From an uncultured Mycoplasmatota bacterium (GTDB taxonomy: Bacteria; Bacillota_I; Bacilli_A; RF39; UBA660): a stretch of DNA of 64,000 nt. Made by a program: the position numbers and the translations under genes. The stretch spans positions 1,379 through 65,378 of the forward strand of contig CAMMBL010000002.1 in the NCBI GenBank assembly GCA_946494015.1, written 5' to 3'. Numbering within the stretch: position 1 is the first letter of the stretch; every line of letters begins with the position of its first letter. This document shows, piece after piece, positions 55,440 through 64,000 of the stretch. Under the pieces are notes generated by a model. It had not been told where the DNA came from, made no database searches, and saw only the letters and a program-made list of their open reading frames with translations.

Positions 55440-55853
55440 ATGCCTACAGTAAATCAATTAGTACATAAAGGTAGAGGGAAAAAGGTTCGTAAGAGTAAAG
55501 CACCAGTGCTTTTAGTAGGAGTTAATTCAATTAGAAGAAAGCAAACAAATAATCCATCTCCTCAAAAACGTGGAGTTTGTACTCGTGTTGGTACAAAAAC
55601 ACCTAAGAAACCAAACTCAGCTTTACGTAAGTATGCTCGTGTTAGATTAAGTAATGGTAAGGAAGTAGATACTTATATTCCTGGTATTGGACATAACTTA
55701 CAAGAGCATAGTGTTGTATTAGTTCGTGGTGGACGTGTTAAGGACTTAATCGGAGTTCGTTATCATATTATTCGTGGCGCACTAGATACAGCAGGAGTTA
55801 AAGATAGAAAACAAGGCCGTAGTAAATATGGGGCTAAAAAACCTAAGAAATAA
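55440..55853 (+). CDS. rpsL: 30S ribosomal protein S12
   Basis: MPTVNQL...[10 protein letters not shown]...[15 protein letters not shown]. Confidence 0.97.
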   Translation: MPTVNQLVHKGRGKKVRKSKAPVLLVGVNSIRRKQTNNPSPQKRGVCTRVGTKTPKKPNSALRKYARVRLSNGKEVDTYIPGIGHNLQEHSVVLVRGGRVKDLIGVRYHIIRGALDTAGVKDRKQGRSKYGAKKPKK

Positions 55854-55884
55854 TAGATAGAAGAATTTGGAAGGAGGATAAATT

Positions 55885-56352
55885 ATGCGTAAAAGACGTG
55901 CTGTTAAAAGAGATATTTTACCAGATCCTATATATAAGTCTAAGACTGTTGCTAAACTTATTAATACAGTTATGCTTGATGGTAAAAAAGGTGTTGCACA
56001 AACTATTGTTTATGATGCTTTTAATATCGTTAAAGAGAAAACTGGTAAAGATGCATTAGAAACTTTTAATGAAGCAATGGAAAACATTAGACCTGCTTTA
56101 GAAGTTAAATCTAGGAGAGTAGGTGGAGCTAATTATCAAGTTCCTCAAGAAGTTACTCCAGCAAGAGCTGAAGCATTAGCACTTCGTTGGTTAGTTGGTT
56201 TTTCAAGAAAACGTGGAGGACGTGGAATGGCTGATAATTTAGCTAGTGAAATTATAGATGCATCTAATGGTACAGGTGCTGCTGTTAAAAAACGTGAAGA
56301 TACCCACAGAATGGCTGAAGCTAATAAGGCTTATGCTCATTACCGTTGGTAG
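55885..56352 (+). CDS. rpsG: 30S ribosomal protein S7
   Basis: DP.Y.S..V.K.IN..M.DGKK, ending in [10 protein letters not shown]. Confidence 0.97.
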   Translation: MRKRRAVKRDILPDPIYKSKTVAKLINTVMLDGKKGVAQTIVYDAFNIVKEKTGKDALETFNEAMENIRPALEVKSRRVGGANYQVPQEVTPARAEALALRWLVGFSRKRGGRGMADNLASEIIDASNGTGAAVKKREDTHRMAEANKAYAHYRW

Positions 56353-56364
56353 GAAGGAGAAATT

Positions 56365-58434
56365 ATGGCAAGAGATACGTCATTAGAAAAAACAAGAAAC
56401 TTTGGAATTATGGCTCATATCGATGCTGGTAAGACAACAACTACTGAACGTATATTATTCCATGGTGGTAATATCCATAAAATTGGGGAAACTCATGATG
56501 GAGCTAGTCAAATGGATTGGATGGAACAAGAAAAAGAACGTGGTATTACCATAACTAGTGCTGCTACTACAGTACATTGGAAAAATCATCGTTTCAATAT
56601 TATTGATACTCCAGGACATGTTGATTTTACTATCGAAGTTAGCCGTAGTTTAAGAGTTTTAGATGGTTCTGTAGCTTTGCTTGATGCTCAAGCTGGTGTT
56701 GAACCGCAAATGGAAACAGTTTGGAGACAAGCTGATGAATTTATGGTACCTAGAATTATCTTTGCAAATAAAATGGGTAAAATGGGTGCTGACTTTAATT
56801 ATAGTCTTAAATCAATTAAAGATCGTTTAGGAGTTAATGCTAAACCAATAGAATGGCCTATTGGAGCTGAAGATGATTTCCGTGGAGTTATTGATTTAGT
56901 TACTATGAAAGCAATAGAGTTTGATGGTAAACCTGAAGAAGATGCTAAGGAAATTGAAATTCCAGCTGATTTAAAAGATTTAGTAGAAGAAAAGCATGCT
57001 GATTTAATTGATAGTGTAGCTGAATATGATGATGAAATGATGGAAACATATTTGGATGGTAAAGAAGTAACTGTTGAGATGATTAAACGTGCTATTCGTA
57101 AAGGATGTCTTGCAACTAAGTTTTTCCCAGTTATGTGTGGAGATGCTTTAGGTAATAAAGGGATTAAACCTTTAATGGATGCTGTTATTGATTATTTACC
57201 AAGTCCTTTGGATGTTGAATCAATTAAAGGACATAACTTAAAAGGTGAAGAAGAAGTTCGCCATCCAAGTGATTCTGAACCATTTAGTGCTTTAGCATTT
57301 AAAGTTATGACTGATCCATTTGTTGGACGTCTAACATTCTTTAGAGTTTATTCAGGTCACTTAGCTAGTGGTAGTTATGTACTTAATTCTACAAAAGATT
57401 CTAAAGAAAGAATTGGTCGTATTTTACAAATGCATGCTAATAACCGTAAAGAAATTAGTGATGTTTATACTGGTGATATAGCCGCTGCTGTTGGACTTAA
57501 AAATACTACTACAGGAGATACATTATGTGATGAGAAGAAACCTATTATTTTAGAGAAACTTATTGTTCCTGAGCCAGTTATTCAACTTGCTGTTGAACCT
57601 AAATCTAAAGCTGATCAAGATAAAATGGCACTTGCATTACAAAAACTTGCTGAAGAAGATCCAACATTTAAAGTACATACTGATCATGAAACAGGTCAAA
57701 CTGTTATCGCTGGTATGGGTGAGTTACATCTTGATGTTTTAGTTGATCGTATGAAACGTGAGTTCCATGTTGAAGCGAACGTTGGTGCTCCACAAGTTGC
57801 TTATCGTGAAACTATTAAGCAAGCAGCTGAGTGTGAAGGTAAATATATTAAACAATCTGGTGGTCGTGGACAATATGGTCACGTTTGGATTAAATTTGAA
57901 CCAAATCCTGATAAAGGTTATGAATTTGTTGATCAAATCGTAGGTGGTGTTGTTCCTCGTGAATATATTCCTGTTGTTGATAAGGGATTACAAGAAGCAA
58001 TGCAAACTGGTATTTTAGCAGGATACCCTATGATTGATATTAAAGCAACATTATTTGATGGTTCATACCATGATGTAGACTCTAGTGAAATGGCATTTAA
58101 AATTGCTGCATCTATGGCTTTAAAAGAAGCTAAGAATAAGTGTCAAGCAACATTACTTGAACCAATCATGAAAGTTGATGTTACTACACCTGATGAATAT
58201 TTTGGTAATGTTATGGGTGATTTAACTAGTCGTCGTGGTCGTCCACTTGGACAAGAATCTCTTGGAAATGTGGTTAAATTATCAGCAATGGTTCCACTTT
58301 CTGAGATGTTTGGATATGCTACTAACTTACGTAGTAATACTCAAGGTAGAGGTAACTTTGTAATGACATTTGATCATTATGAAGAAGTACCTAAAAATAT
58401 TGCTGAAGATATAATTAAAAAGAGTGGAAATTAA
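56365..58434 (+). CDS. fusA: Elongation factor G
   Basis: [29 protein letters not shown], 689 aa. Confidence 0.97.
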   Translation: MARDTSLEKTRNFGIMAHIDAGKTTTTERILFHGGNIHKIGETHDGASQMDWMEQEKERGITITSAATTVHWKNHRFNIIDTPGHVDFTIEVSRSLRVLDGSVALLDAQAGVEPQMETVWRQADEFMVPRIIFANKMGKMGADFNYSLKSIKDRLGVNAKPIEWPIGAEDDFRGVIDLVTMKAIEFDGKPEEDAKEIEIPADLKDLVEEKHADLIDSVAEYDDEMMETYLDGKEVTVEMIKRAIRKGCLATKFFPVMCGDALGNKGIKPLMDAVIDYLPSPLDVESIKGHNLKGEEEVRHPSDSEPFSALAFKVMTDPFVGRLTFFRVYSGHLASGSYVLNSTKDSKERIGRILQMHANNRKEISDVYTGDIAAAVGLKNTTTGDTLCDEKKPIILEKLIVPEPVIQLAVEPKSKADQDKMALALQKLAEEDPTFKVHTDHETGQTVIAGMGELHLDVLVDRMKREFHVEANVGAPQVAYRETIKQAAECEGKYIKQSGGRGQYGHVWIKFEPNPDKGYEFVDQIVGGVVPREYIPVVDKGLQEAMQTGILAGYPMIDIKATLFDGSYHDVDSSEMAFKIAASMALKEAKNKCQATLLEPIMKVDVTTPDEYFGNVMGDLTSRRGRPLGQESLGNVVKLSAMVPLSEMFGYATNLRSNTQGRGNFVMTFDHYEEVPKNIAEDIIKKSGN

Positions 58435-58465
58435 AAAATAAACTCATAAATTTAGTTCTAAACAG

Positions 58466-58494
58466 TTGCAAATTTAGTGATTGTTAGATAAAAT
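58466..58494 (+). promoter_or_regulatory. Internal promoter TTGCAA-17-TAAAAT ahead of tuf
   Basis: Read directly. Confidence 0.5.
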
Positions 58495-58527
58495 ATAAAT
58501 TGTATAAAAAAAGAGGAGGAAAAAAAT

Positions 58528-59718
58528 ATGGCAAAACAAAAATTTGATCGTACTAAACCACATGTTAATATTGGAACAATTGGTCATGTTGATCATGGTA
58601 AAACTACATTAACTGCAGCTATTACTAAATGTTTACATGATAAAAACCCAGCGTGGGCTGATTTTACAGATTATGCAAACATTGATAAAGCTCCAGAAGA
58701 AAGAGAACGTGGTATTACAATTAATACTGCACATGTTGAATATCAAACTGAAAAACGTCATTATGCTCACGTTGATTGTCCAGGACATGCTGATTATGTT
58801 AAAAACATGATCACAGGTGCTGCTCAAATGGATGGTGCAATTCTTGTAATTGCTGCTACTGATGGAGCTATGGCTCAAACTCGTGAACATATCCTATTAT
58901 CACGTCAAGTTGGAGTACCTCGTATGGTTGTATTCTTAAACAAATGTGATATGGTTGATGATGAAGAATTAATCGATTTAGTTGAAATGGAAGTTCGTGA
59001 CTTATTAAATGAATATGGTTATGAAGGAGATGAAACTCCAGTTATTAGAGGTTCTGCTCTTAAAGCTCTTGAAGGAGATCCTAAGTATGTTCAAGCTATC
59101 TATGATTTAATGGATGCTGTTGATAGTTGGATTCCAACTCCTGAACGTGATACTGATAAACCATTCTTAATGAGTATCGAAGATGTATTCACTATTACAG
59201 GTCGTGGTACAGTTGTTACTGGACGTGTTGAACGTGGACAATTAAAACTTAATGATGAAGTTGAAATCGTAGGTATTCGTGAAACTCAAAAGACAGTTGT
59301 TACTGGTATCGAAATGTTTAGAAAACAACTTGATTATGCGGAAGCAGGAGATAATGCGGGAGTTTTACTTCGTGGTATTTCTCGTGAACAAGTTGAACGT
59401 GGACAAGTTTTAGCTAAACCAGGAAGTGTACATCCACATCATAAATTTAAAGCTGAAGTTTATGTACTTAGCAAAGAAGAAGGTGGACGTCATACTCCAT
59501 TCTTCAGTAACTATCGTCCACAATTCTATTTCAGAACTACTGATGTTACTGGTGTAATTACTTTACCTGAAGGTGTTGAAATGGTTATGCCAGGTGATAA
59601 TGTAACAATGGAAGTTGAATTAATTCATCCAATTGCTATTGAAAAAGGTACTAAGTTCTCTATCCGTGAAGGTGGACGTACTGTTGGTGCTGGTGTTGTT
59701 TCTGAAATTGAAGGATAA
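58528..59718 (+). CDS. tuf: Elongation factor Tu
   Basis: [36 protein letters not shown], 396 aa. Confidence 0.98.
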   Translation: MAKQKFDRTKPHVNIGTIGHVDHGKTTLTAAITKCLHDKNPAWADFTDYANIDKAPEERERGITINTAHVEYQTEKRHYAHVDCPGHADYVKNMITGAAQMDGAILVIAATDGAMAQTREHILLSRQVGVPRMVVFLNKCDMVDDEELIDLVEMEVRDLLNEYGYEGDETPVIRGSALKALEGDPKYVQAIYDLMDAVDSWIPTPERDTDKPFLMSIEDVFTITGRGTVVTGRVERGQLKLNDEVEIVGIRETQKTVVTGIEMFRKQLDYAEAGDNAGVLLRGISREQVERGQVLAKPGSVHPHHKFKAEVYVLSKEEGGRHTPFFSNYRPQFYFRTTDVTGVITLPEGVEMVMPGDNVTMEVELIHPIAIEKGTKFSIREGGRTVGAGVVSEIEG

Positions 59719-59730
59719 TAGAAACCAATT

Positions 59731-59755
59731 AAGAAGCCTTAGGGCTTCTTTTTTT
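59731..59755 (+). terminator. Rho-independent terminator
   Basis: AAGAAGCC-ttag-GGCTTCTT plus T5. Confidence 0.85.
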
Positions 59756-59790
59756 CTTTAATGTATGTTATACTTTTTATGGTGTTTAAT

Positions 59791-60429
59791 ATGAAAAAGA
59801 AAGAGATTATTTTAGGGGTTATAGGAGTAATTTTATTAGTAGTATTGGCTTTTTTTGTTTCTAATGCAATACATAAATATAATGTTAAGAATAATAAAGA
59901 AGTCAAGGAAAATGAGTCTGTTAAAAAAGAAAAACAATTCAAAATAGATGGTAAAAGAATTTTATTTAAAACTTATCGTGTTGATCAAAGTTTCTTTTTA
60001 AATGTTCCTTCTATTTTTAAAATGTTAGATGAAGCGACATTAAAAGAAAAATATAACTATAATACTCGTCCTGAACTTGTTTTTACAAGTGCGGATGATT
60101 TAGAACATATTTTTATTAGTACTACTGATGAAGATATGACTGATGAAGGATTAAAGACATATCTTGATAATAGAGTATCTACGCTTACTAATATGACAGT
60201 TTTAGATAATGATATTTACCCAAAATATGATAAAACATTTGCAAAATTAGTGGCATATGATACTAATACTTATTATAATCTTAGATTTTTTACTCTTAAT
60301 AATAAACTTGTTACTGTTGAGTTTAATACACCTACAAGCGTTTATTTAGATTGGGAAGATGTTGTTAATGAAGTTATGAATAATATTTGTTTTGATGAAG
60401 ATGATATAAAAAAATATTCTAATGATTAG
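59791..60429 (+). CDS. Hypothetical membrane-anchored or secreted protein
   Basis: The ATG at 59791 gives MKKKEIILGVIGVILLVVLAFF, a signal-anchor. No family recognised. Confidence 0.55.
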   Translation: MKKKEIILGVIGVILLVVLAFFVSNAIHKYNVKNNKEVKENESVKKEKQFKIDGKRILFKTYRVDQSFFLNVPSIFKMLDEATLKEKYNYNTRPELVFTSADDLEHIFISTTDEDMTDEGLKTYLDNRVSTLTNMTVLDNDIYPKYDKTFAKLVAYDTNTYYNLRFFTLNNKLVTVEFNTPTSVYLDWEDVVNEVMNNICFDEDDIKKYSND

Positions 60430-60441
60430 AATATTTTTTTA

Positions 60442-61686
60442 CTATTTTTTCTTTTCCTTGTTTAAATTTTTATATAAGTTATATGGGAGAGAATTTATTA
60501 CTAATTCAAATTCACCAATATATTCAGTAATAAGAGAGTTAAACCCTAATTTCATTTCATTTAAACCACTAAATTTGGTTATTTTTTCAAATTCACCACT
60601 AACAGCATTTAAATTTATATATTTTAGATTCATTTTTTTGTAGTCATTTATCATTTTCCATTTTATAAGATAATTAGGATTAAGACTTCTAAACTTTTGA
60701 TTAAATCCTTCTATGATTAAATAACAAACATTATCATAAATTAAGTTAAAACAACTTCCAATTAATAAACCATTAGGATTATCTTTTAATAGTTTAGTTG
60801 CCCATACTAAATTCTTTTTATAAACACTAACTAATTTATCTGATTCAATTTTTTCATTAATTAATCTTTTTTTAACATTATTATTATCTGTAGTTTGAAT
60901 TTTATTTGCTAAGGTATTATTTACTTCAATTTCTTTTTCATACTGGATTCTATTTGTTATAACAAATGTTTCTGTATTTAACTTGGCAAAATATATATCT
61001 ATGTGGTTTTCAAAATTATTATAAAGATCTATATAATATTCTATAGGTCGATTATATTTTTTCTTTACGAATTCATAGAATATTGGTATTTCATTTTTTC
61101 CACCTTTATATATTTCTACACCACTTCTAATAGCTTTTTTAATTTTATTACGGACTCTTTTTTCAAAACTCTTATATATATCTTGAATATTTTTATTTAA
61201 TATTACAATAGCTTCAAATCTTGGTTTTTCATTTTCAAAGAAAAGATTAGGTCCTAAATATTCAAAACCAGCGGTTTTTAAGTTTTCAATAATTACATTA
61301 CCTTCATTATTAATATTAACAATCTTTCCATTTCTTTCTCTAATATTAAGAGGTACATATGGATCTATTTTTAAAGTCATAAAACCTTGCTTACTTAATA
61401 GTTTTTTAATACGGTTTGTTAATTCATTTATATTATTAGCATTTGTATAATCAATTAAAAGTCCTCTTGGAGCATAGGCAATCTTATAGTTCATAAATAC
61501 TTCTTTATAAAGAAGTAAAGATGCTCCTAATAAGGAGTTATTGTCATCAATTATACCTATGTAATGAATATCATAACCTTGATTTTTTATAGTTCTTCCA
61601 TAAGATGATGTTTGATAATAATTGCGATATTTATGTTTATTTGCAAAATTGTTAAATGTTATTTCATCTAAGGTTATTATTTTCAT
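60442..61686 (-). CDS. FemAB/MurM-family peptidoglycan interpeptide-bridge aminoacyltransferase
   Basis: 414 aa. The N-terminus F..F....NYYQTS.YG, a central coiled-coil insertion and the GNAT-like halves are typical of FemX/FemA. GGAGGAAAAAC RBS on the minus strand. Confidence 0.75.
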   Translation of the reverse strand: MKIITLDEITFNNFANKHKYRNYYQTSSYGRTIKNQGYDIHYIGIIDDNNSLLGASLLLYKEVFMNYKIAYAPRGLLIDYTNANNINELTNRIKKLLSKQGFMTLKIDPYVPLNIRERNGKIVNINNEGNVIIENLKTAGFEYLGPNLFFENEKPRFEAIVILNKNIQDIYKSFEKRVRNKIKKAIRSGVEIYKGGKNEIPIFYEFVKKKYNRPIEYYIDLYNNFENHIDIYFAKLNTETFVITNRIQYEKEIEVNNTLANKIQTTDNNNVKKRLINEKIESDKLVSVYKKNLVWATKLLKDNPNGLLIGSCFNLIYDNVCYLIIEGFNQKFRSLNPNYLIKWKMINDYKKMNLKYINLNAVSGEFEKITKFSGLNEMKLGFNSLITEYIGEFELVINSLPYNLYKNLNKEKKK

Positions 61687-61805
61687 GTTTTTCCTCCTAA
61701 AAGATATAGTTTCTTTATAAATTATATCAATATATTATTTATTTTTCAATCATTGAGGGTTTATTAATTTAGATAATTTAGTATAATAGTATTGGAGGAA
61801 AGCTT

Positions 61806-63158
61806 ATGTTTGAAAATAAAAAAATATTAGTTTTAGGAATGGCTCGTAGTGGTTATGAAATTTCTAAATATTTAAGTAAATATCACAATACTATTATTTT
61901 AAATGATGGTGGTGATGTTAGTAAACAAGATAGTAAGAAGGTTTTAGAACTTGAAAAATTAGGAGTTGCTTTAATCTTTGGTAGTCATCCTGATGATTTA
62001 GTTGATGATAGTTTTGATTATATAATTAAAAATCCTGGTATTCCTAATAATCATAAATATGTACTTAAGGCGCGTGAACTAGGAATTGAAGTTATTAATG
62101 AGGCAGAAGTAGCTTATAGATTATTACCCGAAGATGTTACTTTAATTGGTATTACAGGTACTAATGGGAAAACAACAACAACAACTCTTACGTATGAGAT
62201 GATTAAAAAGTCAGGGAAAAGAGTACATTTAGCAGGTAATATAGGGTATCCTTTATGTAGTTTTTTAGATAAATTAGAATGTGGAGATATTATTGTTATG
62301 GAAGTATCTTGTCAACAACTTGCTAATATGAAAGAGTTTAATCCTCATATTGCTTTAATGACTAATTTATCAGAAGCTCATATAGATTTCTTTGGTAGTT
62401 ATGATAAATATAAAGAAGTTAAACTTAAACTTTTTGCTAATCAAACAGAAGATGATATAGCGATTTTAAATATAGAAAATGAAGATGTTATAAAAGGAAC
62501 TGCAAATATTAAAAGCAATGTTAAATACTTTTCTTCTAAACGAGAAATAAATGGTGCATATCTTTTAAATAATAAAATTTATTATTATGATGAATTTATT
62601 CTTAATAGAGATGAATTTTTGCTTAAAGGTGATCATAATGTAGAAAATGCTCTTGGGGCTTTAATGATTGCTAAAGAAGTAGGTGTTGATGATGAATCAA
62701 TAATATCTGTGTTAAAAACATTTACTGGAGTTAGACATAGATTAGAGTTTATTGATAAAGTTAAAGGTGTAGAATATTATAATGATACAGAAGCGACTAA
62801 TACTAAATGTACGCAGATAGCTTTAGCATCATTTGATAAGAATGTTATTTTAATACTTGGAGGATTAGAAAGAGGACAAGATTTTCATGATTTAGATAAA
62901 TATATTAGTCCTGTTAAAGAAATTGTTGGTATTGGAGAGTGTCGAAATAGAGTTAAAGAATATGGAGATAGTATAGGAATAAAAACAACTATTTATGAGA
63001 AATTAAGTGATGCGATGAATTATATTAGTAATATTGCAAAAGATGGGGATACGGTATTGCTTAGTCCTTCTTCAGCTTCTTGGGATCAATATAGGCAATG
63101 TGAAGATAGAGGAGATGAATTTAAAGATATAGTTAAATCTTTTAAAGAAAAAATATGA
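61806..63158 (+). CDS. murD: UDP-N-acetylmuramoylalanine--D-glutamate ligase
   Basis: ILVLGMARSG, GITGTNGKTTTT and NDTEATN (variant of NDSKATN) motifs. Confidence 0.93.
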   Translation: MFENKKILVLGMARSGYEISKYLSKYHNTIILNDGGDVSKQDSKKVLELEKLGVALIFGSHPDDLVDDSFDYIIKNPGIPNNHKYVLKARELGIEVINEAEVAYRLLPEDVTLIGITGTNGKTTTTTLTYEMIKKSGKRVHLAGNIGYPLCSFLDKLECGDIIVMEVSCQQLANMKEFNPHIALMTNLSEAHIDFFGSYDKYKEVKLKLFANQTEDDIAILNIENEDVIKGTANIKSNVKYFSSKREINGAYLLNNKIYYYDEFILNRDEFLLKGDHNVENALGALMIAKEVGVDDESIISVLKTFTGVRHRLEFIDKVKGVEYYNDTEATNTKCTQIALASFDKNVILILGGLERGQDFHDLDKYISPVKEIVGIGECRNRVKEYGDSIGIKTTIYEKLSDAMNYISNIAKDGDTVLLSPSSASWDQYRQCEDRGDEFKDIVKSFKEKI

Positions 63159-63182
63159 ACCATACATAGTTCATATTTTTTG
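63153..63182 (+). terminator. Rho-independent terminator overlapping the murD stop
   Basis: ATATGAAC-N8-GTTCATAT plus T6. Confidence 0.75.
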
Positions 63183-63190
63183 TTAAGGAA

Positions 63191-64000
63191 AACCCCTAGA
63201 TAGTCTAGGGGTTCAGTAAAGCTTTAGCGATGAGTTGAAAATAAAAACTCCTTCTAATATAATATGAGTTGCGACTGCCAAGAAGCAACCATAATATTAG
63301 AAAGAGTACATTTATAATGAAAGAAATCAAAATAAATGATATAAAGAGTTTAGCACATACAACGTGGAATTGTAAATATCATATAGTATTTGCACCAAAG
63401 TATAGACGAAAAGTCTTTTACGCAAGTAAAAGGTTAGAAATAGGATAAATATTAAGACAATTATGTGAATGGAAAGGTGTAACAATAATAGAAGCGGAAG
63501 TTTGTCCCGATCATATACATATGTTACTAGAAATACCACTTAAATATAGTGTGTCATCATTCATGGAATTTCTGAAAGGTAAAAGTAGCTTGATGATATA
63601 TAGTAGGTGGGCAAGCGCAAGGTATCAATATAGAAATAGAGAGTTTTGGTGTAGAGGATATTATGCTGATACTGTAGGAAAAAATACAAGAAAAATAAAA
63701 GAATATATAGCAAATCAACTAAAAGAAGATCAATTAAGTGGACAGATGACACTTGAAGATTTTGACCCTTTTAAAGGGTAGCAAGTAATGAATGCTTTTG
63801 GCAGTTGAGTTAGACACTTTAGTGAGTGCCAGTAGTATAGCCTTTTAGGCGAAAAAGAAAAACTACTAGCTATGATAGTGGAAATTTATTATTATGCAAA
63901 ACATCAGTTTTGCATTCAAAACCACCAGCTAGCTGATGTAAATAGTAAAGAGCGAGCCCATCAAAAAACATATAAATCTCCTCCTGTTATAATATAAATG
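63191..64000 (+). mobile_element. IS200/IS605-family element (right boundary not resolved; may run off the window)
   Basis: Perfect 10-bp hairpin AACCCCTAGA-tag-TCTAGGGGTT (63191-63213). A 16-nt imperfect stem (63248-63263 / 63291-63306) covers the tnpA SD. A Y1 transposase gene follows. Downstream hairpin ATGCAAAAC-atca-GTTTTGCAT at 63894-63915. Confidence 0.8.
63317..63781 (+). pseudogene. tnpA: IS200-type Y1 (HUH) transposase TnpA with an in-frame TAA at 63446-63448
   Basis: MKEIKINDIKSLAHTTWNCKYHIVFAPKYRRKVFYASKRLEIG-TAA-ILRQLCEWKGV...PDHIHMLLEIP (HUH)...RGYYADTVG (catalytic Tyr), all in one frame. Homologs have Lys where the stop occurs. Confidence 0.85.

Noticed and set aside
5560-63752. 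About 20 short (60-119 aa) ORFs lying antisense or in alternate frames inside well-supported genes. Coordinates: 5560-5742, 9208-9411, 13704-13913, 15519-15719, 25497-25712, 30635-30897, 32439-32621, 34728-34925, 39127-39354, 48134-48493, 54162-54365, 57739-57943, 58633-58890, 59739-59942, 60422-60643, 61003-61200, 63327-63539, 63561-63752.
   Set aside because: All are embedded in genes with strong family motifs, lack RBSs, and have the I/F/L/N/S/K-rich composition expected of random open frames at this base composition.
1-64000. Mollicutes-type genetic code 4 (TGA = Trp), considered because of the very low G+C
   Set aside because: TGA ends well-defined genes at the expected lengths (for example ybaB at 2222-2224 and murD at 63156-63158). 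Long conserved genes (mfd, uvrA, fusA) contain no in-frame TGA. Sporulation genes point to a walled Bacillota organism.

Overview
AT-rich (about 25-30% G+C by eye, not computed) Bacillota chromosomal segment that uses the standard bacterial code; TGA clearly terminates genes such as ybaB. Nearly all genes are on the + strand. The backbone follows the origin-proximal gene order known from Bacillus and Clostridium: dnaX-ybaB-recR-bofA, holB-ricT-yabB-rsmI, pth-mfd, spoVT, T-box-metG, tatD-yabE, then rsmA-yabG-veg-spoVG-yabP-yabQ-divIC-tilS-ftsH. It continues with mscL, dusB, lysS, clpC, cysS-mrnC-rlmB-sigH-like, uvrA, lgt-trxB-yvcK-whiA, clpP, thyA, rpsL-rpsG-fusA-tuf, a FemAB-like gene and murD, and ends in a decayed IS200-type element. 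The sporulation genes (spoVT, bofA, yabG, spoVG, yabP, yabQ) indicate an endospore-former lineage. The standout is a ~7.5 kb accessory block (about 15.96-23.43 kb) wedged between the yabE-like gene and rsmA/ksgA. It holds seven tandem cassettes, spaced ~700-720 bp apart, each with its own promoter and terminator and each encoding a ~200-aa paralog. Every paralog has one N-terminal hydrophobic helix followed by a TasA/camelysin-style SipW-cognate motif (FAAFSYSKTGTKVNTITTGTITM). A 4-gene translationally coupled operon follows: a SipW-type (Ser/His) signal peptidase, a divergent eighth family member that lacks the small-residue cleavage site, and two uncharacterised membrane proteins. I read this as a multi-subunit, possibly variable, TasA-like extracellular fibre or surface-protein system. 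Secondary oddities are a thyA with an in-frame TAG and two large insertions, a C26 amidotransferase with no canonical start codon, an FtsH with a Rho_N/SAP-like tail, a TrxB-like reductase with degenerate NADPH motifs, and an IS200 tnpA with a nonsense codon. All homology calls come from motif recognition by eye; no searches or alignments were run.
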